64,000 bases of DNA, taken from NCBI GenBank assembly GCA_951406725.2, contig OX597831.1, forward strand, positions 43,090,001 to 43,154,000, in the 5' to 3' direction. This DNA comes from Octopus vulgaris (taxonomy: Eukaryota). Positions 26,776 through 40,015 of the stretch are shown piece by piece. The first letter of the stretch is position 1. Each line of letters begins with the position of its first letter. The position numbers were made by a program, and so were the translations under genes. The notes under the pieces are model-generated. The model saw only the letters and a list, made by a program, of their open reading frames with translations. It did no database searches and had not been told where the DNA came from.

Positions 26776-27623
26776 GTGTGTGTGTTAAATAAAATAAGAT
26801 AACAAAGCCAAGGCAGTTTAATATTCCTAAGACATTTATAAATAGAAAGGTGGCTTTACAGCTGTTTCAGGGAAATAAATGATATCCCACCATCAGAGAC
26901 ACGTTAAAAGAGCTTCACTAGAAGGAATTAGTAGAGTTATTCTGGAGAGAGAGAGATAAAGAAGGAATTAGATATAATGCAGACGCAAATACTCACATAT
27001 CTTTTATTTATTCCAGTCTTTGGGCTGCGGCTATGCTGGAGCACCACCTTGAAGGTTTGAGTCGAACAGATCAATCTCAGTGCTTAATTTTTGAAGTTTG
27101 AGAATGTCCTATCGGTCTTATGGGGACGTAAAGAAATCAAAACCGGTTGTCAAGCCGTAAAGAGAGACAACCACAGGCTCAAAGACACACACACACAGAC
27201 ACACGACGGGATTCCACTCAGTTTCCGTCTACCAAATTCACTCAGAAGGTATTGTCCGGCCTTTATTTATAGTAGAAGACACTTGCTCAAGGTGCCGGGC
27301 AATGGGACTGAACCCCGTGGTTGCAAAGCCATGCCTGCGCCTACATCTGATAGATTTATATAATTCTCTATCGATAAGTTCGTATTGAATATCGAGCATG
27401 CCAATGCATGCGGTGCACTGGAGATAAATGAGTTTACTTTGCACATAAATCATAAACATGCAACAGTATTTATGTCGTCATCTCTTATCTTCGTATGAGT
27501 TTCTTTTATCTTGTTTATTCATAGAAAAACTTACAATTTCACAAAGAGAGAGAAACACCTGTTCAGTTTACTTCCCTTTATCTCCCTCCAGTGGTCGATC
27601 AAATAAACACCAAAAATTACGTT

Positions 27624-27727
27624 TGAAGAAGAAGAAGAAGAAGAAGAAGAAGAAGAAGAAGAAGAAGAAGAAGAAGAAGAAGAAGAAGAAGAAGAAGAAG
27701 AAGAAGAAGAAGAAGAAGAAGAAGAAG
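27624..27727. repeat. (GAA)n microsatellite
   Basis: Direct reading. Confidence 0.97.
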
Positions 27728-27892
27728 GTGGTGATGGTGGTGGTGATAAAAAAAAAGCGTGCTGAAAAAGACGCTCCAAAAATCCTGAACGCTTCTTCAA
27801 GGAAAACAAGGGATTTTGAACTAATTTTAACAAAAATTTTAAGTGAATTTTAATGCCGACACATTTTACAGGGATATTAGCAAATAAATGAA

Positions 27893-27927
<35 letters not shown>

Positions 27928-28284
27928 AACCGTCAAGAATAATTAATTTACTGACAAAAAAGAAACAAAGAAAAATCTTGACATTAGACAACATATACAC
28001 ACCTATGAGAATTCAAAACTGTTGGAATAGAATATAAAATAAAATTATTTAGTAATAATACAAAGCAAAAGCACAATATATTAGAGCGGGGCAAAAGATT
28101 AAATATATAACAGAACTGCATGCATAATCCACTTGCGAATGTTGACCCTACTAGAAAAGTAAACAGTAGGTTCCGGGTTCAGTCCAACTGCGTGGTACCT
28201 TGGGCAAGTGTCGTCTACTATAGCCTCGGGCCGATTAAAGCCTTGTAAATTGATTTGGTAGACGAAAATTGAAAGAAGTCCGTC

Positions 28285-28345
<61 letters not shown>

Positions 28346-28774
28346 TAATCCAAACATAAAAGCACAAAAAAACAAAACAACGCGAGGACGTGGAACAAAT
28401 ATAGTATTATTGGACGCTCAGGAAAGGAGAGAAGATACATACATATATATATATCACGTGATCACATGATCGACCAGACCATCAGATGTTGTTACACATC
28501 GCTGGTCACAATGCGTTCGCATTGTTTTAGCCTTTGAATGACGCCACTCCGCTGGCTAAGCGAGCAGGCCAACAGAAGAAGAAAGAGTGGGAGAAAGAGT
28601 GGTGAAAGAGTACAGCAGGGATCACCACACCCTGCAGGAGCGTCGTGGAGCTTTTAGGTGTTTTCGCTCAATAAACACTCACAACGCCCGGTCTGAGAAT
28701 CGAAACCGCGATCCTACGACCGCGAGTCCGCTGCCCTAACCGCTAGGCCATTGCACCTACACACATACACACAT

Positions 28775-28821
<47 letters not shown>

Positions 28822-28849
28822 CATACATACATACATATACATACATACA

Positions 28850-28921
<72 letters not shown>

Positions 28922-29159
28922 TGTATGTATGTGTGTGTATATGTTTGTGTGTCTGTGTTTGCAACCCCACCATCGCTTGACAACCGATCTTGATATATTT
29001 ACGTCTCTGTAACTTAGCGATTCGGCAAAAGTGAACGATAGAATAAGTACTAGGCTTACAAAGAATAAGTTCTGGGGTCGATTTGCTCGACTAAAGGCGG
29101 TGCTCCAGCATGGCCGCAGTCAAATGACTGAAACAAGTAAAAGAGTAAAAGAGTATGAA

Positions 29160-30960
29160 TTCTCCAAAACAAGAATACCTGAGACACCCCACGGTCGCCT
29201 AAATCATAAGCCTATAACTTGCTTACCTACAATATATGAAGTCCTTCATCCATATTCTACAGTAAGCTGGTTACTCACCTGGAGAGCAGAGGAGCAGAAA
29301 GGATGATGGTAAGAGGTTTTGAACTAAAAAGCAACAAAGAGTGAATCGAGATGTTATAAAAGACAACAATCAGAGGAAAAGAAAACCACAACTTGGCCTA
29401 AATTGACTACCGAAAAAATTTAGATTCCACAGTTGTGAATGCTTGAAACTCTCCACCTCGCTCCACACGAACACATGAATAATTAGCTTTAATATTAACA
29501 AAATACATCAATCGTGCAGTTCTAAAATAATCAAGAGAAAATAAAGACAGCCCCGCACTCAAGAGTAATCTCGGCTTATTTATTATCTCCCCTGCTCTTA
29601 TACCTAACTTTGTTTCCATTATCAAATTTGTTGAATGAAACAACCAATGACTATAAACGCCACGAACAAACACTAAAATAAATGACTTGCTAATATTGGC
29701 TTCAAATTTTGGCACAAGGCCAGCAATTTCAGATGAGTGGATAAATCGATTACATCGACCCCAGCGATCAACTGATACTTATTTTATCGACCTCGAAAGG
29801 ATGAAAGGCAAAGTCAATCTCTGCGGGATTTGAACGCAGAGCAGAACGTGAAGACGGACGAAATGCCACTAAGCATATTACCCGGCGTGCAATCGATTCT
29901 TATTTCGTTATTGCCCACAAGAGGCTAAACATAAAGGGGACAATCAAGGACAGACATAGGTGTTAAGTCGATTGCATCGACCCCCCAGTGCGTAGCTAGT
30001 ATTTAATTTATCGACCCCGAAAGGATGAAAGGCAAAGTCGACCTCGGCGGAATTTGAACTCACAACGTAACGACAGACGAAATACCTATTTCTTTATTAC
30101 CCTCAAGGGGCTAAACATAGAGGGGACAATCAAGAACAGACATAGGTGTTAAGTCGATTGCATCGAGCCCCCAGTGCGTAGCTAGTATTTAATTTATCGA
30201 CCCCCGAAAGGATGAAAGGCAAAGTCGACCTCGGCGGAATTTGAACTCACAACGTAACGACAGACGAAATACCGCTAAGCATTTCGCCTAGCGTGCTAAC
30301 GATTCTGCCGGTTCGCCGTCTTATGGCTTGTAAATAGTCACAAGGAATGTACTCGGATGGTAAACGTACGAAAGACAAAAAATAGAAAAAGATCATAAAT
30401 CTAGTGAAGTTATAAGAATGGTTTGGAAATAAGGCGAATTTGATAAATTACTATTAGAATCTACTTAATAAAACTGAAAATATTAAAATGACACAAGCAC
30501 TATAGGCGCAGGATTGGTTGTGTGGTAAGAAGCTTGCTTCCCAGCCACATGGTTCTGAGTTCAGTCCCACTGTGTAGCTGCTTGGGCAAGTGTCTCTTAC
30601 TATAGCCTCAGTCCGATCAAAGCCTTATGAGTGGATTCGGTAGACGGAAACTGAAAGAAGCCCATCGTATGTGTGTGTATGTATTTGTGTTTGCCCCTCC
30701 TCCCAACATCGCTTGACAACCGATGTTGGTGTGTTTACGTCCCCGTAACATTAGCGGTTCGGCCAAAATGACCGATAGAATAAGCACTAGCCTTACAAAG
30801 AAAAAAGTCTTGGGGTCGATTTGTTCGATGAAACGGCGGTACTCCAGCATGACCGCAGTCAAATGATTGAAACAAGTAAAAAAGTACTATATTCAGAAAA
30901 TTGGACCAGAACCGCCCATGCAAATATTTAGGATTAGATAAAGCTGATGAAATTCAACAA
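29160..30960 (+). mobile_element. Fragmented Dong/R4-like RT relic interrupted by SINEs
   Basis: KPITCLPTIY and EEQKG near 29210-29300, an IDYRK..DS-like motif near 29400, KYLGLD near 30925. Confidence 0.55.
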
Positions 30961-31903
30961 AAGAGTAATACATGGCAGTCAGGCGAATATTGGTTTCAAA
31001 TACTGACCCCCAGGGCAACAGTCATTGAGGGGAGCGGGGAGTCAATTACATTGACTTTAGTACTTGACTGGTGCTTATTTTATCGGCCTCGTAAGAATAA
31101 AGCAAAGTCAAGCTCGGCAGAATTTGAACTCAGAACGTAAAGACGGACGAAATACCTATTTCTTTGCTACCCACAAGGGGCTAAACATAGAGAGGACAAA
31201 CGTTTCTGCCAGCTCGCCGCCTTGCATGTAAATATAATATTGTGACAGTGTACTGCAATAAAGTGCAAAGCATAAATTCATTATATATAAGCTACATCTT
31301 TCAACTTGATCTTCCTTCATTTCAACAGTGTAATTGTTTGTGTTATGGTTTAAGATGTAAATCTCATATTTTTGGCTACGATATTTTGTGTTATTGAGAT
31401 CGGCTGCCTGAATCGTGCACCGCCGTTATGATTTTGTTGTCATCCACTCATTCCTATTCGTTAAAAGGCGGGTGAAAGTGTAACATTCATAAGAGAATTT
31501 TTTTTTTATTTAGACAATTAAAAAATGTTTCTTAAATGTCACACAATCATTAACTGATGTTAGACATATATCAGATGTGGGTTATGTATGCTGAGGAAGG
31601 AGGTAAGTACAATGAAATTATGTAACCTTCCCTCAAAAATACCGACCTATTGCGGACAAGTTTCCGTAAATTTGTATTAATTGACTGTGGAATTTTGGTT
31701 TACTTTCACTATTTTATTAGCAGTAACAATTATTGTGTCTAGTGGGATTACGTTCATCTTGTCCCTTAGTCTATTGTGCTCATGTAGCCATCCGCAATAC
31801 GAATGCATTAGACGCCGACTGCAAGCCCTCAATATAGTTTTGACTCCCTTGGGGTGCGACGGTCACCTAGAGCGTGACTATCCAGCCGGGGCCGACCCGT
31901 AAT

Positions 31904-32001
31904 CTTACGGGTCTGATTCTTTCGACTTACGGGTCTGATTCTTTCGACTTACGGGTCTGATTCTTTCGACTTACGGGTCTGATTCTTTCGACTTACGGGT
32001 C
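31904..32001. repeat. 22-bp minisatellite, 4.5 perfect units
   Basis: CTTACGGGTCTGATTCTTTCGA at 31904, 31926, 31948, 31970, and a partial unit at 31992. Confidence 0.95.
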
Positions 32002-32923
32002 GGACCACGTCGCTCCATTTACCCGGTGCGTATCGCCACACACCCACGGAGACAATTTTGGATATATAAAAAAAAAATGGAAAGAAAAGCGCGTCATATG
32101 CCTCGGTAAATCCGCTATGTGTAGAAAAATACTCGTCAAACACGGTACATGACTGGGACATGTCCTCAGTCATTTGCAATATGTCTGCATAGACAAGGAG
32201 TACAAAGTAAACTGTACCGATATTATTATAAACACTTGAAGTGAAATGTCTGTTCTTTGTTAAGAAGGTGGAGAGATTATCACAGTTGAGGGATCTCGAA
32301 ACTGAAATAAACCGGATGGGGAGCATGAAAGTGAAAGCAGTACTATTAATAATTGGCGCAGTAGATATGCTAAAACATACGAAAAGCACTAGAGCTTGCC
32401 ATATTAAGTAGAGACTAATTAATAGCTACGGTAGGCATGGTCCATGTCCTTTGCAAAACACTTTCCATTCAATAGCATAGATGAAACAGAACACAAGGCA
32501 AACCACATTCATATTAATTACTGGTAGGAACATTGTATTTCGTTATGCAGTGCTCGCTCAAATTACTACAGAAAAATTTGTAGAGAAAACCTTAGGAAGT
32601 TATGTCCTATACAATCACTATGCAAAAGAATAACACAATCGTCTGGGTTCTCAGAAAATGTCGGTATATATTGAAGATATTTACTCTTTTAATTGTTTCA
32701 GTCATTTGATTGTGGCCATGCTGGAGCACCACCTTTAGCCGAGCAAATCAACCCCAGGACTTATTCTTTGTACTTATTCTATTGGTCTCTTTTGCCGAAC
32801 CGCTAAGTTACGGGGACGTAAACACACCAGCATCGGTTGTCAAGCGATGTTGGGGGACAAATACAGACACACAAACATACACACACACACACACACACAT
32901 ACACATATGTGTGTGTGTGTGTG

Positions 32924-32965
<42 letters not shown>

Positions 32966-33114
32966 CATACGACGGGCTTCTTTCAGTTTCCGTCTACCAA
33001 ATCCACTGACAAGGTTTTCGTCGGCCCGAGGCTATAGTAGAAGACACCTGCCCAAGGTGCCACGCAGTGGGACTGAACCCAAGCAACCTAATTACCACAC
33101 AGCCACTCCTACGC

Positions 33115-33308
33115 CTTGTTAATGATATCTCTACAGATATTCTATTGAAATTATAGCCAGCATTAATTTTTGTTACGACGTTTCGTATCCGTTTCGCACC
33201 CTTTTTTTAACTTCGATCTCATTGTTTGTTTACTCGGATACGAAACGTAACAAAAATTAATGCTGGTTGTAATTTTTATAGAACATCGGTAGAGATAACC
33301 TTAACAAG
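33115..33308. repeat. Imperfect hairpin with about 75-bp arms
   Basis: CCAGCATTAATTTTTGTTACG...TTTCGTATCCG versus CGGATACGAAACGTAACAAAAATTAATGCTGG. Confidence 0.85.
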
Positions 33309-33799
33309 TGATGTAAAGCACACACTAACACAGTAAAACACGGTACTGATTTATAAAACCATTTAATACACTTTGTAGTATCTTATGGTTGCATAACGAA
33401 TAACCGCGTCCCTACAAGCCAATAATATTCACGAAAGGGGTGGGAATTAAATTATTTCCAAAGGCCCTGATAGCAAGGTTGTCTCAGCAGCATTATAGGC
33501 GCCTAGACAAATCAGAACACTGGGCCCGCTAGTATTTATTTATCGACAGCAAGCCACAACATACATAGATCAGAATTGAGCCCCTGGGCATGTGAAACCC
33601 ACAAGCAACTGCCCAACGTGCCCATACCTTACGATGGCATTGACTCACAGTACACGTGAAACAAACACCATCCAGTGGCACACTGACGCAAATCCCACTG
33701 CGCATCGCATTCTACACAACGTACATAAGAAGCGCAAAAAAAAAAACTAGCAGAAACAACAAAACAAAAAATCGCATTGCAAAGTAGAACTGATGAAGA

Positions 33800-33900
33800 A
33801 TGCAAACGTGGGATGGCGTCAGCAGCTGGGTGAGCTGACCGGAAGTTGGAGCTGACCGGAAGGGGGCAGCCGGAACGCGCGCGCGCATGGAGCGGGGATT
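33800..33900. promoter_or_regulatory. GC/CpG-rich promoter-like patch with tandem ETS sites
   Basis: GAGCTGACCGGAAG repeated at 33832 and 33849, a third CCGGAA at 33870, (CG)n and GCGCATG; donor-like sites on both sides (AAG|GTAGGA at 34051 on +, GTGAGT at 33648 on -). Confidence 0.5.
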
Positions 33901-34380
33901 TCGGCCTTTTCGAACGAGGGTCGTCGGCGTGTTAAGACGGGTGAACAAGTTGCTATGGTTGGGTGAAGCAGCTGCTATCTTTAGCGTTCGGGTCGGGCTG
34001 TGTCGAAGGATCCGTTACCACTGAAGGGTCTCCATCGGAGCGAAGAGAAGGTAGGAGCCTTTATATTCGAATCTCTAGCACACACCACAGCAAATATAAC
34101 CCTGCAAGAGACAATGAGAATGCTCACACCTCATGAAGTCGAAAGTGTTACTGGTGATGCAGTAGAAACTCGCATGTTGTTGTTGTTATTTGTTCCTTCT
34201 CGAGCCATGCCTGGCTCATAAGGGCCGGTTTCCTGGTTTCATTGGCGTATAGGTTTCTCACCTGGACGGGACGCCGGTCCGCCGCAGGTGAGCTGCTAGA
34301 TGCAGGAAGAAAGAGCGATGGAAAGTTGTGGCGAAAGAGTCAGCAGAAGTTCGCCATTACCTTCTGCCCAAGCCGCGTGG

Positions 34381-34640
34381 ATCTAGATAAGATACCAGGA
34401 GAACCATGTATCAGAGAAATCCAAAAGATTGTGCTGACAGGTACTGCCTACATCCTTAGAAAAGCCCTATCCATTTAAATGCCTGTGTTGTATTACATGA
34501 AGATATTTCGCTATTGCCCCTGCCACTCCTCTCCCCAAGCTTTCAGTTAAACTGTAACATCTCTTATCCTTCACTCGCCTCAGGATGATGGGTGTGTCTC
34601 GGCAAGTGTTGAAACAAACATGCAGATTAAAAGTAAATAA
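34381..34640 (+). mobile_element. 3' end of a second, divergent Dong/R4-like element
   Basis: LDKIPGEPCIREIQKIVLTGTAYILRKALSI* is homologous to the C-terminus of the adjacent copy; followed by (AAC)n(AAT)n. Confidence 0.7.
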
Positions 34641-34668
34641 GAACAACAACAACAACAACAACAACAAC

Positions 34669-34722
<54 letters not shown>

Positions 34723-34725
<3 letters not shown>

Positions 34726-35313
34726 GCTATGCCAACATTAATAATAATAAAGCTATGCCAACATTAAAGCTATGCCAACATTATGGAATAACAACAGAAA
34801 AAAGATGGTATAGGCACACACCAGAAAAGGTCACAGAAAACGAAAAAGCAACCATACTTTGGGATATGCCGATACACACAGATAGAGAAATTAAGGCCAA
34901 CAGACCAGATATAGTTGTCAGAGATCATGAAGAAAAAAATGCTTTCTAATTGATGTATCAATACCGGCAGATGACAACGTGTCTCTAAAAGAAATGGAGA
35001 AACTTTCAAAATACAAAGACCTGGAAATAGAGGTAACCAGAATGTGGAATCTAAAAACAGAAACAATTCCTATCATAGTAGGTGCATTAGGCATGATAAA
35101 AAAATATTCAGACAAATACATAACAAAAACACCAGGACTTACAAACACATATAACATATAGAAAATTGCACTACTAGGCACTGCACACATCCTACGCAGA
35201 ACACTTTCCATACAATAACCATCAGAGCATCACAACAAATCACAGCACATACCCAAGGCACACAGAGCTGCGCTCGGTAGTGAAGTGAAAGCACGCTATA
35301 AAAATAAAACTAT

Positions 35314-35315
<2 letters not shown>
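34723..35315 (+). mobile_element. 5'-truncated Dong/R4-clade non-LTR retrotransposon (RLE endonuclease region and 3' UTR) in (AAT)n
   Basis: WYRHTPEKVTENEKATILWD...ANRPDIVV...CFLIDVSIP...EKLSKYKDL...PIIVGALG...ALLGTAHILRRTL; one frameshift near 34935, one stop at 35159; TAA repeats on both sides. Confidence 0.9.
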
Positions 35316-35372
<57 letters not shown>

Positions 35373-35589
35373 TGATCCAGCATAGTCACAGCCTTGGGAC
35401 TGAAACATAAAAATAAATAATAAAAATAGAAGCAGGCGTGGCTGTGTGGTAAGAAGCTTGCTTCCCAACCGCACAGAAGCGCTCAGTCCCACTGCATGGC
35501 ATCTTGGGCAAGTGTCTTCAATTATAGCCTCGGACCGACCTAAGCCGTGTGAATGGATTTAGTAGATGGAAACTGAAAGAAGATCATCG

Positions 35590-35626
<37 letters not shown>

Positions 35627-36116
35627 GCGTGTGTTTGTGCCCCATCGCTTGACAACCGATGCTGGTGTGTTTATGTCTCCCGTAACCAAGCGGTTCGGTA
35701 AAAGAGACCGAAAGAATAAATACAAGGCTTGCAAAGAATAAGTCTCAGGGTCGATTTCTTCAAGGCGGTGCTCTAGCATGGCCGCAGCCAAATGACTGGA
35801 ACAACTCAAAGAGTAAAAAAAAAAAAGAAGAATAGGAAGAAAGCAATATTCGGGATTATGTCTGTTTTATTTTTTGTCTTGTTTTGTTTTTAAATATTTT
35901 TTTTTTCTTTTACAGTAGGTGGTAACAGCTCGCTGGTGTCGACAGATGTATGTCTAATTTATGACAAGCGAAAGATTATTCGTTTCAGATAATTCTGAAA
36001 TGTTATTTCTCTATTATTGACTCACTAAAGCATGACTTACCACAATGTATATCTATCTCGGTTGGGGAGATGTAAAAATCCAAGTGGATAGGGCTATGGG
36101 ACAACCCACTTGAGAA

Positions 36117-37975
36117 ATTGGTTGGCTGGCTGGCTGGTTGGCTGGTTGGTTGGTTGGTTGGTTGGTTGGTTGGTTGGTTGGTTAGTTGGTTGGTTGGTCA
36201 GTTGGTTGGTCGATTGGCTTGCTGGCTGTCTGGCTGGTTGACTGTCTGGCTGGCTGGCTGGCTGGTTGGTTGGTTGGTTGGTTGGTTTGGTTGGTTGGTT
36301 GGCTGGTTGGTTGGTTGGTTGGTTGGTTGGTTGGTTGGTTGGTTGGTTGGTTGGTTGGTTGGTTGGTTGGTTGGTTGGTTGGTCAGTTGGTTGGTCGATT
36401 GGCTTGCTGGCTGTCTGGCTAGTTAGCTGTCTGTCTGGCTGGTTGGTTGGTTGGCTGGTTGGTTGGTTGGTTGGTTGGTTGGTTGGTTGGTTGGCTGGTT
36501 GGTTGGTTGGTTGGTTGGTTGGTTGGCTGATTGGCTGGTTGGTTGGTTGGTTGGTTGGCTGGTTGGTCAGTTGGTTGGTCGATTGGCTTGCTGGCTGTCT
36601 GGCTAGTTAGCTGTCTGTCTGGCTAGTTAGCTGTCTGTCTGGTTGGTTGGTTGGTCAGTTGGTTGGTCGATTGGCTTGCTGGCTGTCTGGCCGGTTGGCT
36701 GTATGGCTTGCTGGTTGGTTGGCTGGTTGGTTGGTTGGTTGGTTGGTTGGTTGGCTGGTTGGTTGGTTGGTTGGTTGGTTGGTCAGTTGGTTGGTCGATT
36801 GGCTTGCTGGCTGTCTGGCTAGTTAGCTGTCTGTCTGGCTGGTTGGTTGGTTGGCTCGTTGGTTGGTTGGCTGGCTGGTTGGTTGGTTGGCTGGTTGGTT
36901 GGTTGGTTGGTTGGCTGGTTGGTTGGTTGGTTGGTTGGTCGATTGGCTTGCTGGCGGTCTGGCTGGTTAGCTGTCTGGCTGGCTGGTTGGTTGGTTGGCT
37001 GGTTGGTTGGTTGGCTGGTTGGTTGGTTGGTTGGTTGGTTGGTTGGCTGGTTGGCTGGTTGGTTGGTTGGTTGGTTGGCTGGTTGGTCAGTTGGTTGGTC
37101 GATTGGCTTGCTGGCTGTCTGGCTAGTTAGCTGTCTGTCTGGCTAGTTAGCTGTCTGTCTGGCTGGTTGGTTGGTTGGTCAGTTGGTTGGTCGATTGGCT
37201 TGCTGGCTGTCTGGCCGGTTGGCTGTCTGGCTTGCTGGTTGGTTGGCTGGTTGGTTGGTTGGTTGGTTGGTTGGTTGGTTGGTTGGCTAACTGGCTGGCT
37301 GGTTAGTTTGTTGGCTGGATGGTTGGTTGACTTGCTGGTTGGCTGGTTGGTTAGCTGTCTGTCTGGCTGGTTGGTTGGTTGGCTGGTTGGTTGGTTGGTT
37401 GGTTGGTTGGTCAGTTGGTTGGCTGGTTGGTTGGTTGGTTGGTTGGTTGGTTGGCTGATTGGCTGGTTGGTTGGTTGGTTGGTTGGCTGGTTGGTCAGTT
37501 GGTTGGTCGATTGGCTTGCTGGCTGTCTGGCTAGTTAGCTGTCTGTCTGGCTAGTTAGCTGTCTGTCTGGCTGGTTGGTTGGTTGGTCAGTTGGTTGGTC
37601 GATTGGCTTGCTGGCTGTCTGGCCGGTTGGCTGTATGGCTTGCTGGTTGGTTGGCTGGTTGGTTGGTTGGTTGGTTGGTTGGTTGGCTGGTTGGTTGGTT
37701 GGTTGGTTGGTTGGTTGGTTGGTTGGCTAACTGGCTGGCTGGTTAGTTTGTTGGCTGGATGGTTGGTTGACTTGCTGGTTGGCTGGTTGGTTGGTTGGCT
37801 GGCTGGTTGGTTGGCTGGTTGGTTGGTTGGTTGGCTGGTTGGCTGGTTGGCTGGCTGGCTGGCAGGCTGGTTGGCTGGTTGGCTGGCTGGTTGGCTGGCT
37901 GGCTGGTTGGCTGGCTGGCTGGTTGGCTGGCTGGTTGACAGGTTGGCTGTTGACTGGTAGCTAGTTGGTTTGTCT
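36117..37975. repeat. Complex (GGTT/GGCT)n array with higher-order units
   Basis: About 1.86 kb; the motif TCAGTTGGTTGGTCGATTGGCTTGCTGGCTGTCTGGC recurs about 9-10 times. Confidence 0.97.
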
Positions 37976-38519
37976 GTATCTGTTAAGCTGCCTTTCCGTG
38001 TAATGGCATCATCCGCTGGCATCATCCGCTGGGCATTTGGTAGACGGAAACTGAAAGAAGCCCGTCGTATATATGTATATGTAAGTGTGTGTGTGTATAT
38101 GTTTGTGTGTCTGTGTTTGTATCCCCAACATCGCTTGACAACCGATGCTGGTGTGTTTAGGTTCCCGTAACTTAGCGGTTCGGCATAAGTTCTTACAAAA
38201 AATAAGTCCTGGGGTCGATTTGCTCGACTAAAAGGCTGTGCTACAGCATGGCCACAATCAAATGACTGAAACAAGTAAAAGAGTAAAATGCTAACGATTC
38301 TGTCCGTTTGCTGCCTTTTCTTTTTTTTTTACCCCAGAATAATAAAAGGCAAATTCCACATCCACATAATTCGAAATAAGAACGTTCAGATATTTAGACG
38401 GATACCGAAAACCATTTTGTCTGCCGGTTTCCTGTTTAATTACTCACCATCGTATTAAACTTCTACAATGACATTTTGAATAAACAGTTTTTTGTAATTT
38501 TTCTTGTTATAATGGCTTT

Positions 38520-40015
38520 ATTATATGAGAGGCATCACCAAATTATTTTCACGACCTTCGTAAGTAGAGGGAAGAAGGGATGAAATTATCCTCAGATACG
38601 AAACCCTGGTCGAAATGATTGCAATAGAGCAAGCCCTGTAGAAGGTGCTGAAGGACCAGGTAATGGTAATAAGCCGATTAAAGGATTAAATCCACGTGGT
38701 CTTCCATGCTAAAATGTCTCTCTCAAAGGTTTTGTCGACCCAAAATTGTGGTAGGAGAAATTTGTCAAGGCTACTGCGCGGTAGTATCGAACTCGAAAGC
38801 CCATAGTTGTGAAGCAAGTTATTAGTTATACAGTAACGTCTGTCACCATGTTAAAGTTCGTGTCAACATTTAATAGAGAGAGCATTAAAAATCTGTAAAT
38901 ATTTAGGTGAAAATGAAAATATTTATATTAATGACTACCGTTATTTCGTTGTGTTTGCATGAAGTACGGGAGATAACCCTTTATATGTTTTGGTATTATT
39001 ATCTAAGGCGGCAAGCTAGCAGAACCGTTAGCACACCAGATAAAATGCTTAGCGGCATTTCGTGTCTTTATGTTCTGAGTTCAAATTCCGCCTAGGTCGA
39101 CTTTGCCTAGTTGAACATTGTAGTCAATGTATTCGACTTTTCCCTTCCCTCAAAAGCTGCTGGCCCTGTGCCAAAATTTGAAACCATTATCACATCATTA
39201 TAAGGAAGCGATCTGGCAGCATCGTCATCACGCTCTACGAAATGCTTAGGGGCAGTTCTTCCGGCTTTACGATCTCGGTTCAAATCTCGCTGAGGTCGAC
39301 TTTGCCTTTAATCCTTTTTGAGTTGTTAAAATAAGCACTAGTCTTGCACCAGGTTCCATCCAATCGACTAGTCCACTTCCCCAAAATTTCTAGCCTTGTG
39401 CCAATCGAAGAAAAAATTGCTATCACATCATCAGCTTTTAATAATCCCGACCTGAAATATGCTAACACTAACTAAACTGTTCTTTTTTCATGAGAATGGC
39501 GTTCCTATTTATTTTATAACAATATTAGCGAATGTAAGAACCATTATGAGAAGCACCACCAAATTATTTTCACGACCTTCGTAACTGGAGGGAAGAAAGG
39601 ATGAAATTATCCTCAGATAGGAAACATTGGTCAAAATAGTTGCAATAGAGCAAGCTCTGTAGAAGGTACAGAAGAAGTCAGGTAAAGGATTAAGTCCACG
39701 AGGTCTTCCATGCCGTTTCTATCTGCCAAAAGGTTTAGTCGACCCGAGTAGAGAATTAAGTCCACTGTCCAAACATACAGTGACTGCACTGAGACGGGCT
39801 TCCATGTCGTTTCTGTCTCCCAAAGGTTTAGTCGACCCGAAGTTGCGGTAGGAGAAATTCGTCTAAGCTACCGCACAGTAGGATCGAACTCGAAAGCCCA
39901 TAGTTGTTAGTTATACAGCAACGTCTGCGCCCATGTTAAAGTTCGTGCCAACATTTAATAGAGAGAGCGTTAAAAAATAACTGCAAATATTTAGGTGAAA
40001 ATGAAAAAAATTATA
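38520..40015. repeat. Diverged tandem duplication (about 38520-38930 and 39540-40015)
   Basis: Shared CACCAAATTATTTTCACGACCTTCGTAA, GATGAAATTATCCTCAGATA and CCATGTTAAAGTTCGTG.CAACATTTAATAGAGAG. Confidence 0.9.

Noticed and set aside
31904-32001. CRISPR-like repeat array
   Set aside because: The repeats are contiguous with no spacers, and the context is eukaryotic.
36118-38274. LVGW- and QPTN-repeat ORFs
   Set aside because: They are translations of a tetranucleotide array, with no splice or start context.
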